A stretch of 63,737 nucleotides of DNA, counting the filler, from Guillardia theta CCMP2712 (Eukaryota > Protista > Cryptophyta): assembly GCF_000315625.1 (NCBI RefSeq). It is 5 parts of 5 records of this genome, joined end to end, with 100 filler letters (N's around TTAATTAATTAA, not from the genome) between each part and the next. Parts side by side here need not be neighbours in the genome. Positions count along the whole stretch, not along the records: positions 24,630 to 53,895 come from NW_005434515.1; positions 53,996 to 59,766 come from NW_005434422.1; positions 59,867 to 62,212 come from NW_005434627.1; 2 more parts are not named here. The stretch is one strand, 5' to 3'. The notes beneath the pieces are model-generated. The model did no database searches. It saw only the letters and a list, made by a program, of their open reading frames with translations, and had not been told where the DNA came from. A program made the position numbers and the translations under genes. Below, in pieces: positions 50,140-60,158 of the stretch. Each line of letters opens with the position of its first letter. Within the stretch, counting starts at the first letter, position 1.

Positions 50140-53100
50140 AGGAGGACTGTTTGCATTACTCGGAGCGGTACCGTCAGCATGCGCCCAGCCTCCATCTGTC
50201 CGCTGCCCCCGGCGGACCCCCGGGCAGCGCCGGCTCCCACTTTCTCCGTCCGCGGTGGCGGACGCGTCGACTGACAGCCCAGCATTATGAAAGTAATAAT
50301 GTTTACTCGCTCAAGGTAAAAAGTGCCTCAAGCAAAAGAAACAAAGTCGTGCGCCTCAACGAAGAAGGTCGCCAGAGGATGCTTCTGGGCACGGAGAGAT
50401 CTCGAGCAGTGAACGTACAGGCTATGAGGAGAGGGCAGCGTCCTTGACATCGGCTGGTCAGAGGCAGCTTCTCGCTATGGCGCTGTGTGCATGCAGGTAT
50501 AGCTTGTTCCTGCTTTCTTTTGCTTGAGGCACTTCATACTTTATGCGAATAAACATACATAGAGTACCACGCGAGGAATCGAGTAGCTACCGCTGACTCG
50601 GCTACCGCTGACTCGGAGGCTAGCGAGGAGGACTACCTCGAGCGGTACCGTGTTCCTGTGTCCAGCCTCCCTCCGTCCGCTGCCCCAGGCGGACCCCCGG
50701 GCAGCGCCGGCTCCTTGTCGGCGGCTGCCCTTTCTCCGTCCGCGGCCGCCCGCTTTGTGGCGGCAGCGGACGTCTCGACTGACAGTGGTCAGTCGGCTGC
50801 CTCCGGGTATCGCGTCTAAGGGATTTTCTTCCTCCTGCATGCTCCTGCTGCTTGTTGCTTGATTGCTTGACCCTTAGGCTGCTTGTCTGCGCGGCTTCGC
50901 GCTTGGGCTGGCGCTGCCGCGTCTGGGTGCCAGCAGTGCTGGTTCTTTTCGGGCTTGTGTTTTGTGTGTGATTGTGCAGCTTCTCGCTGTGCGCTGTGTG
51001 CCTGGAGGTTTAGCTTGGCAGCGACCACAACCGCGCGGGCCGAGGGAGCAGCGGCAGTCCGGCCAATCGTCTCAGGAGTCTGAGCCTGCTCCTCCGCCGC
51101 GACCTACGCTGTCCCTCACCTCTGCGAGCGAGCGCCAAGGACACTACTGAGCTCCGGCATCTACAGGGCTGAATCTTTCGCTGATCTTCTTGCTGAAGCA
51201 CAAGAGAAGTTCCCTGATGGTGCGTCGCCTGCCTTTGCAAGTGCTTCCGCGGATCATCTCTTCCAGCAAGCGCTTGCAGTACTGCAGGTGGATTTGACTG
51301 ACATCCTCGACACCACTAGCCTGATCCAGGCGATCAAGCGCTACAGCTCCTTTGCGGGGACCGATGACCAAGGGTGGAGGATTCGGCAACACCTGTCACC
51401 CCTTTCTAGTCATCCTGCAGCTTTGAAGCTCTACTGCAAACATATCCTCCAAGGGGTCCTTCTTGGCCAAATGCCGGATCTTCTTATTCCTGCCCTGTCA
51501 GCCATTCGTCGAGGAGGCAGATTTATTCCCCTCTCCAAGGGAGCTGATAAACCTGGTCTCCGGCCAATTGTCATCGGTTCTGCACACCGTCGACTCGCGA
51601 CGAAGCTTGCTTTGGCAGGGATTCGCTCATTTCTTGACCAGCACTTCCTCTCGTCTCACCCTCGAGCGATTCAGTTCGGGCTCGATCGAGACGGCTGTCT
51701 GAAGTTCTCGCAAACCGCGTCAGCGCTCCTGCCCCTTCACGCTCGCGGTGATGATGAGGATGTTGCCAACCCCACAGTGCTGGTGAGTTTGGCTTCAACT
51801 CCCTCGACCGCCAGGCTCTCTTCGATGCAATCGAGGGACGTGCGAGTCGCGACTACTTTGATGGGAGCATCACTGAAGGCGCTCGCATGCGAGCATCTCC
51901 GTTTGTTCGCCTCCTACCTCTCCAGCTACTATGGAGACTCTGCTGACCTTCGACTCTTTCACAAAAGTCAGTCAGCCTCCGTTCAGTGTACCTCGGGCGT
52001 CTGTCAGGGCGATGTCCCCTCCAGCGTGTTTTTCTGCCACAGTATCCACCCCCTGCTCCTCCATATCGCAGAGCTTTTTCCCTCTGTTCGAGTCTTGGCC
52101 TATGCTGACAACGTCGTGCTTGTCGGTCCACTCGAGGATGCCGTTGCCTGGCATCAACACCCTGATCTCTCGCAGCTGAAGAAGAGCCTTAAGCGCCGTC
52201 TCAAGACTCAGCTTCTTCACTTCGAGGTCGTCACTGGCGGGATTACACTTGGCGGCCTGCCTATCGGCACGGATGGATTTCATGCAAGTCAGCTCCGAGC
52301 GAAGGTTTCTACCCTCAACGAAGAGCTCTCGAAGCTCGGGCTCGTCCAGCATGGCTTCATGTTCAAGACGCTGGTGAGGGCGAGCCATCTTCAGAAGCTG
52401 CGCTTCTTCCTCCAGGGGTCTTCTCCGTTTCTCCCGCGGGTCCAATCACAGATTCGTCGCTTTGACCTCTCTGTCCACCTGGCGCTTGAGAAATACCACC
52501 GCTGGCCTTCCTCGCAGTACCTCGCCGCGCATCCCGACCTGCTAGAGTTTGCGAGGTTCAAGCGGGAGCTTCCGCATAGTCGGGGAGGGGACGAGTTCAC
52601 GCCCTCGGAGGGTCTACACCCCGCTGTTTACTATACCGCTATCGCTCGCTTCCTCGCTTGGTACTCTGACCAGCCCATGTCCCGGACCTTGCCCTCTCCT
52701 CATAGCCTGGACGTTCACTGCTCGAGATCTCTCCGTGCCCAGAAGCATCCTCTGGCGACCTTCTTCGTTGAGGCGCACGACTTCGTTCATAATGCTGGAG
52801 CGATCCTCTACCGTCGTGTCAAGGCTCCTGCACCGGCTGCAGATGGCGCGGCGATCCCACCTGCCCCGGCTGCTGTGCCTGATGACGCAGGACGCCCCCC
52901 GGCATCTGTGGTACACATCCCTGGTTTGCGCGCTCTCGTCGACTCGTCTCATGAGCACTTCATTCCTCCCCCTGCGCAGCGAAATGTGACCCCTCTTGTC
53001 ATGCGCGTCTTCCCTCGCCATGTCTTGCAGTCTACCATCTTCGCTCATTTTCCTGAGCGTGACCTGAGCCACTCTCCGATGCGAGTCTCGAGCTACTACC

Positions 53101-53895
53101 CCCTCAAGGCCTTCCCGCACCGCTATGCTCAGATGCTCGACTGCTATCTCCATGGCATGCCGATCTGCCAGTGTCCGACGGAATGTGATGGATGTCAGCG
53201 CGAGCTCGATCCCTCCGTTGCTGCACATCATCTCCAGACCTGCAAACGCCGATCCTCCAAGCTTCCCACGGCGCATGACAACCTTACTCGTACGATTCGG
53301 TCGATGCTGAACGAAGCTGGTCTTCAGAGCGTCATCGATACAGTCGGGGATCCTCGTTCTCGACGGCAGGTACCCTCCCATCCTCATGGCCGCAAGATGA
53401 AGGGCGATATCCACATCCCTGGAATCCGCGATCGAGGGTCCGAGCAGTACGAGGGCTTGATGGCGGACGTGACGTTGGTCCACCCTTACATTGGTAGCTC
53501 TGCCGACCTGACCAAGTGGGGGGAGGTCAACCTCGACGCCCTCCATGTTGCAGCGTCTGAGAAGATTCGCAAACATCGCGCTGCATATGCCATGACTACT
53601 CCTCCTCGAGCGTTCATCCCTCTTGCCATCTCGACGGACGGTACCCTGCATCCTGACACCCTCCGCTTCATCTGGTATCTTGCGGACATCATTGCTCATC
53701 CCTGGAATCCGCGATCGAGGGTCCGAGCAGTACGAGGGCTTGATGGCGGACGTGACGTTGGTCCACCCTTACATTGGTAGCTCTGCCGACCTGACCAAGT
53801 GGGGGGAGGTCAACCTCGACGCCCTCCATGTTGCAGCGTCTGAGAAGATTCGCAAACATCGCGCAGCATATGCCATGACTACTCCTCCTCGAGCG
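50140..53895 (+). mobile_element. Decayed CRE-clade-like non-LTR retrotransposon (RT + zinc finger + RLE); 3' end in gap
   Basis: LRPIVIG..RRL, IQFG, GVCQGDVPSS, AYADNV, LGGLPIGT, CDGC...HHLQTC, AHDNL, KGDI...ADVTLVHP, AASEKIRKH, FIPLAISTDG. Confidence 0.88.
51288..53780 (+). pseudogene. RT-RLE ORF of the CRE-like element, probably inactive
   Basis: The motif-A remnant FNSLDRQALFDAI is out of frame (~51794-51885) and the catalytic Asp before it is missing. The 3' end is garbled by a duplication. Confidence 0.75.
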
Positions 53896-53995
53896 NNNNN
53901 NNNNNNNNNNNNNNNNNNNNNNNNNNNNNNNNNNNNNNNTTAATTAATTAANNNNNNNNNNNNNNNNNNNNNNNNNNNNNNNNNNNNNNNNNNNN

Positions 53996-54894
53996 GACCG
54001 GTCACGGCCGCCCGGAGAGATCAGGCCCCCGGCCAATCTCCGGACACTTAGCCTCCTTGGCGGGCCTCCAGGGGGTTTGAGGCGGGCTTGAAGCCTGCAG
54101 TCGGTCTACTGACCGGCCCGGCCGGCAGGATCCGTCGAGAAACAGGGGGGTCAAGGGAGCTTTTCTTCCCCCTGGGAGAAATGTCCTATGGGTTTTTGGA
54201 TCTGCGATATAAAAAAGTCTTGTCTCGGTCACGTGATGTGTCACGTGACCGGTCAGGTGAGCCTGTCAGCCGGGTCACGGACCCTGTCAGCCGGCTGACA
54301 TGTCACGGGCCTGCTGACACGGTCCGCTGACCGGTCACGGCCGCCCGGAGAGATCAGGCCCCCGGCCAATCTCCGGACACTTAGCCTCCTGGCGGGCCTC
54401 CAGGGGGTCTGAGGCGGGGCTGAAGGCTGCAGTCGGTCTACTGACCGGCCCGGCCGGCAGGATCCGTCGAGAAACAGGGGGGTCAAGGGAGGTTTTCTTC
54501 CCATAGCGTTGCTTTTCTCAATTGACCTTAGCGCTCTAAAACGTTTCGCTGTGAGGGTGGTAAATTCAAATCCACATATACCACGCCTCAAGTGGGGGCG
54601 GGGTGGGTCTTCACGATTCAAATCACGAAGAGCCAAGCAAGAGTTTTTAGGGGTAGGGTCCTACTTACATACAATTTCTTGGTACCAGTTGGTACAGTCC
54701 GAAACATGTGACTTTGGTACTCTCGGGGTACCATTCGGGGTTCTCCCCTAGGTATTGTACACATCCGGTACAAATATAACCCCACCCCCATGAAAAACTT
54801 CAAGCATGCTGGTTGAATTGCTTCATCCCTTGAACCTGGGGCCTGTCCGATCAAATCATATGGGCATACATAAGAAAACTGCAAGCCTGTGTGG
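53996..54894 (+). repeat. Left copy of long direct repeat (partial + full 331-bp unit, then ~395-bp tail)
   Basis: 54169-54894 is near-identical to 59040-59765 (offset 4871). The partial first unit carries several substitutions. Confidence 0.95.
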
Positions 54895-55123
54895 GGGTTC
54901 GGCCTGATACAATATGCATTTGCATGAGAAGGGGTGTTGTCCCCGTACTTGCACACAGTGGGAAAAGAAGGGGTACTTGACAAGGTATGATGGAGGCGGC
55001 GAGGGAAGGCGGCGAGCCTTTACCTGAGCGCCAGGATCATGGTGCTAAGCTGCCTCACCGGCGACAAGCTTCAGCCCTTGGAGAGCGCAGGAGACGAGAA
55101 AGAGAACTCAGACTCAACAGAAA

Positions 55124-56821
55124 TCACTGAGCCTTGACACAACAGCAAACTGATTGCATGTTTCTGCACTTCAAGCAAATGTTCCTGAACGATTGGCAAC
55201 TGAGGTTGGCTTGAACTTCCATGCTCGTTATCTGCTTTTTCGTGAGGGGTTCGACCGCATCCGACCGGAACCTGTCCGATCGTTTCCGGTTACAACATGC
55301 CGTCTGCCCTCTACGATACGCAACTTTTCCAACCTCAAGATGCCGTTTCTCCATGGCTGTCATATTCAACAAACCAAGAGGAATCTTGTTCTGAATAAAA
55401 TATTTGAATTGCTCTGTCACATGCCCGGAAGCCAGAAAGTGCAGGTAAATTCCTTTGCAATAATCCAATCTATTTGTTTGATACCGCAAGAAGCGAGAGC
55501 TGGCCGTAGAAACCTCACAGGGCAAGATGTTGCCGATGCTGCGGCCTGATGAAGGCGATAGTCCTTTGGAAATTCCCTGAGCGGTGGTCTGCATTTGTTT
55601 CTCTGCCAGCCCAAAGTCCACGAGCAAGTACTTCTTGTTCCTTCTGTTGTAGAGGAAGTTATTCAATTTCACGTCTCGATGTATAATCCCGAGGGCATGT
55701 ACAGAGCGCAAAGCAACAAACAAATTCTTCATGTAGTGGGCAATCTCGCTCATGGTCAAATCTTTGACGTAAACCGAGGGCCTGTCATGTTCCAAGTATT
55801 CAAAAATCAAAGCCTGCTGCTCCTCGATAAGGATTATCCCATCAGGAGCCAGTGGCGGACATTTCACTATCTGTACAATGTTGGATTTTCCATTCAAGCT
55901 CGATATAAACCTTTGTTCCTCCTTGTACGCATCGAGTCTGTGAAATGGTAACAATCGTTTGATTGCTACTCGGCGACCATTTACCCTGTCGTAGGCCGCA
56001 TATACCTCCCCGAATGTTCCGGATCCAACCATTCTTGTTATGTCAAACTGCTTTTCCACTTCATTGAGAAACCGCATGTCCACTGGGTAGATCATCAGCT
56101 CTTCTCGTATTGAGTTTTTCTTGCGTGCAGTGCCATTGTTGCCTTTGGTCAATGACATGTCCTTGTGTGCACCCTCTTGATCCAGCGATTCATCGCATGC
56201 CATGCCATTGTTGCCTTTGGTCAATGACATGTCCTTGTGTGCACCCTCTTGATCCAGCGATTCATCGCATGCCATGCCATTGTTGCCTTTGGTCAATGAC
56301 ATGTCCTTGTGTGCACCCTCTTGATCCAGCGATTCATCGCATGCCATGCCATTGTTGCCTTTGGTCAATGACATGTCCTTGTGTGCACCCTCTTGATCCA
56401 GCGATTCATCGCATGCCATGCCATTGTTGCCTTTGGTCAATGACATGTCAGGCCTGTGTTGCAATCCAAGCTGGTGGAAGCTCTGCATCCTCTCTGGTAC
56501 CTCACCTCTTTCGTCCTCCATACTGTGACGTGCCGGTTGTTCTTTGTTGTCTTTGGTCAATGACATGTCAGGCCTGTGTTGCAATCCAAGGTTGTGCGCC
56601 GGTCCTTCTTCCGTCTTTGCCGGCGTCATGTTAAATTGTTTCATACTCCTATTCTTGACTTGACGTGCTGCATTGCTTGCGTTTCGTGCAGATTTTTGTT
56701 CCGGGGTTTCCAAACTCCTCTTCTTCTGTTGCCTCAATCTAGCATTTTTCCTCTTCCGTGCAAGTTTTTCTTCTTCTGTCCCCAACACTTCGTTGCCCTC
56801 CTTTTGCACTGTGAAGGGCAT
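55124..56821 (-). pseudogene. CDC7: N-terminal half of a Cdc7-type Ser/Thr kinase (subdomains I-VII), inverted relative to its C-terminal half
   Basis: VGSGTFGEVY, VAIKRL, FEYLEHD, YMKNLFVALRSVHALGIIHRDVKLNNFLYN..KYLLVDFGLAE, then a long insert ending in Cys-rich CLKC...CCCVK. Confidence 0.85.
56131..56448 (-). repeat. In-frame 72-bp (24-aa) tandem repeat, ~4.4 copies, in the kinase N-terminal extension
   Basis: DMSLTKGNNGMACDESLDQEGAHK repeated. Confidence 0.95.
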
Positions 56822-56857
56822 GCCATGCGTGACACACTAATAGCGTGACACACTAAT

Positions 56858-57663
56858 AAGGAGCAGCAGAAGCTAAAGTTGGCGCAGGTGATGGCGCAGG
56901 AGATGGCGAAGAGGCGGAGGTTGGGCGTGAGCAAGACGAACGCATCGGTGACAGTGAGGAACTCAGGGGTCAAATTCGAACGTCCAGTCAGTGTCAACCG
57001 CGCGGGAACTCGGGGATACCGAGCGCCAGAAGTGCTCATGGGCATGGAGTGCCAGACCACAGCAGTGGACGTGTGGGCTGCTGGTGTAGTACTGCTTACC
57101 CTGCTGTGCCGCACGACACACTTCCAGTGGTTCCAGTCCAACGACATAATCACGGCAATGATGGAAATCTACGGGTACGCTCTTTGTGTACCTTGGAAGT
57201 GCGCTTGCCTGACTGTCTGAGCAGCTTGCGCATGTACATCAAGAGCATGGATGCTGTGTGGAAGCAAAACTATGGGTATACGGGTAAGTACAGAGATAAG
57301 ATCAGAGATGTTATCGAAGATTTCAAGCTCGACGTTAAGGTAAAATTGTTGTCGTCGGCGTTGTTGTATCAAGAGGATGAGGATGAGGGTGATATGGAGG
57401 CGGGAGGCCTGAGGTTGCTAATTTGATGTCATTCAGATTCCACCATTGGACCTGCATCTCAGCTATGCCCGTGGTTTGAAGCAAACATGGCGGACCTTGT
57501 CAAGCTCCCTGGGCGCGGATGCGGATGCAAGGCTGGGCTGGAGGTGGAGGAGAAACATGCGATCTGGGACTTCCTCAACCGCTGCCTCGACATCGATCCT
57601 CGCACGAGAATGACAGCAGAGGAGGCTCTGAAGCATCCCTTCCTGGTTAGTGCTGAACCCTAA
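56858..57663 (+). pseudogene. CDC7: C-terminal half of the Cdc7-type kinase (subdomains VIII-XI) with two introns
   Basis: VNRAGTRGYRAPEVLM...QTTAVDVWAAGVVLL, ...WDFLNRCLDIDPRTRMTAEEALKHPFL. Introns at ~57176-57223 and ~57340-57437. Confidence 0.85.
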
Positions 57664-58708
57664 ACCGTCTCTACCCGTAGCTTTCTCCTTCCTCTCCTCN
57701 NNNNNNNNNNNNNNNNNNNNNNNNNNNNNNNNNNNNNNNNNNNNNNNNNNNNNNNNNNNNNNNNNNNNNNNNNNNNNNNNNNNNNNNNNNNNNNNNNNNG
57801 GTCTTGAGTAAACAGTCTCTCCTCCGGCATCTCCTCTCGCATCGATCAGGCATATCAAACTAGCCTGGCCTCCCAGGCGTCCATTTCCCTTCCAACCCCT
57901 CCCCTCTCCTTCCCCCAGCCTCTCAAACCGCAATCATGGCAAAGCAACAGGAAGTCTCTTGAAATATGTTTCATATTCAACCGACGAAGCCTTCAGGTAA
58001 AGGAAGCTAGGGCGTCAACACAACAAGGAGAATCGAATTTCCTTTATATCTTCGAAGGTTGCTTCTCTGATCGGTTCCCTTCATGTTTCCCTTCTTCTGG
58101 AAGTGATCAACCATGACCTATAGCTGATGAGTGCTTTGGTACGCAAGTGCAAATTTCGATGCATACCTTACACATTCAACCTACTATAGGTGTGATTCTC
58201 AGCCAAGAATTGAGCTGTTTGATCTCAGTACTTGCCTTGCACTTTCAGAAGTTAGCATTGAGGGGCCATGGTCCTTGACTGCGCTCAGCAGCTGATCAAA
58301 CAGTCCCTGAGTACATTGGGAGTAGTGGGATAGGGAAGAGACGAGGCAAGTGTGAGGTCGTCTACAAGTGTTTTAGATTTGTACGAGAAGTTTGCACTAC
58401 CCCCTACCCCTCAACACGGGCTGGAGGCCGTTGGAAAGATTCAAATCATTTGAATACCTACCCCGAGCCACCTCATGATTATTTAGTCAACTATACACGC
58501 CTATTCATATCAAATAGAGGAAGGTTTTGCTCAACATTGCCCTTCTTGTCTTGAATGGACCGGCAGCCCTGGCAACGAAAAAGGTACATAAATTGACGGA
58601 GCAAACATTTTTGGTCAATTTTCTCTTGCCGCTTGAATTTGACTAAAACTACTACGAGAACCACCCTGGTTAACTGATCCGAAAAGGGTACGGAACGGCA
58701 ACGCTATG

Positions 58709-59765
58709 CCCCTGGGAGAAATGTCCTATGGGTTTTTGGATCTGCGATATAAAAAAGTCTTGTCTCGGTCACGTGATGTGTCACGTGACCGGTCAGGTGA
58801 GCCTGTCAGCCGGGTCACGGACCCTGTCAGCCGGCTGACATGTCACGGGCCTGCTGACACGGTCCGCTGACCGGTCACGGCCGCCCGGAGAGATCAGGCC
58901 CCCGGCCAATCTCCGGACACTTAGCCTCCTGGCGGGCCTCCAGGGGGTCTGAGGCGGGGCTGAAGGCTGCAGTCGGTCTACTGACCGGCCCGGCCGGCAG
59001 GATCCGTCGAGAAACAGGGGGGTCAAGGGAGGTTTTCTTCCCCTGGGAGAAATGTCCTATGGGTTTTTGGATCTGCGATATAAAAAAGTCTTGTCTCGGT
59101 CACGTGATGTGTCACGTGACCGGTCAGGTGAGCCTGTCAGCCGGGTCACGGACCCTGTCAGCCGGCTGACATGTCACGGGCCTGCTGACACGGTCCGCTG
59201 ACCGGTCACGGCCGCCCGGAGAGATCAGGCCCCCGGCCAATCTCCGGACACTTAGCCTCCTGGCGGGCCTCCAGGGGGTCTGAGGCGGGGCTGAAGGCTG
59301 CAGTCGGTCTACTGACCGGCCCGGCCGGCAGGATCCGTCGAGAAACAGGGGGGTCAAGGGAGGTTTTCTTCCCATAGCGTTGCTTTTCTCAATTGACCTT
59401 AGCGCTCTAAAACGTTTCGCTGTGAGGGTGGTAAATTCAAATCCACATATACCACGCCTCAAGTGGGGGCGGGGTGGGTCTTCACGATTCAAATCACGAA
59501 GAGCCAAGCAAGAGTTTTTAGGGGTAGGGTCCTACTTACATACAATTTCTTGGTACCAGTTGGTACAGTCCGAAACATGTGACTTTGGTACTCTCGGGGT
59601 ACCATTCGGGGTTCTCCCCTAGGTATTGTACACATCCGGTACAAATATAACCCCACCCCCATGAAAAACTTCAAGCATGCTGGTTGAATTGCTTCATCCC
59701 TTGAACCTGGGGCCTGTCCGATCAAATCATATGGGCATACATAAGAAAACTGCAAGCCTGTGTGG
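58709..59765 (+). repeat. Right copy of long direct repeat (2 x 331-bp units + tail), ends at gap
   Basis: Units start at ~58709 and ~59040; the tail matches 54501-54894. Confidence 0.95.
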
Positions 59766-60158
59766 TNNNNNNNNNNNNNNNNNNNNNNNNNNNNNNNNNN
59801 NNNNNNNNNNTTAATTAATTAANNNNNNNNNNNNNNNNNNNNNNNNNNNNNNNNNNNNNNNNNNNNGCATCCGCCCCGAGGATAGTCGTAGGTTCCCCCA
59901 CCAATTAATTAAAAACTGCATAAGGAGAAGAAGTGTTAATAAAATGTTTGATGAAGCTGTGTGGCAGTTGAGAGGAGTTTGAAGAAGGGAAGGAGTGAGC
60001 AGGAGATGGGCTATTACGAGACTCACCATCTAAGTTACCAGAAATCTGGTGGTACAACTACCTCCTCCTCCCTCCCTTCTCCCCCCCCCCCCCCTCTCTC
60101 CTCCTCTCCTCCTCTCCTCCTCCTCCTCCTCCTCTCTGGTCTCAATCTCTTGTTACCA

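Noticed and set aside
52614-53699. 361-aa antisense ORF in the CRE-like element
   Set aside because: Mirror frame of a codon-biased sense ORF; no motifs.
53696-53895. Second copy of the RLE segment (repeat of ~53413-53612)
   Set aside because: Near-identical duplication abutting a gap; may be a contig-end artefact, so not treated as a double-nuclease element.
54253-54751. Identical ORFs in both long direct repeats (127 aa and 80 aa)
   Set aside because: No recognisable motifs; their identity simply reflects the repeat.
57655-57666. Single AACCCTAAACC telomere-like word at the kinase stop
   Set aside because: About 1.5 units; compatible with chance.
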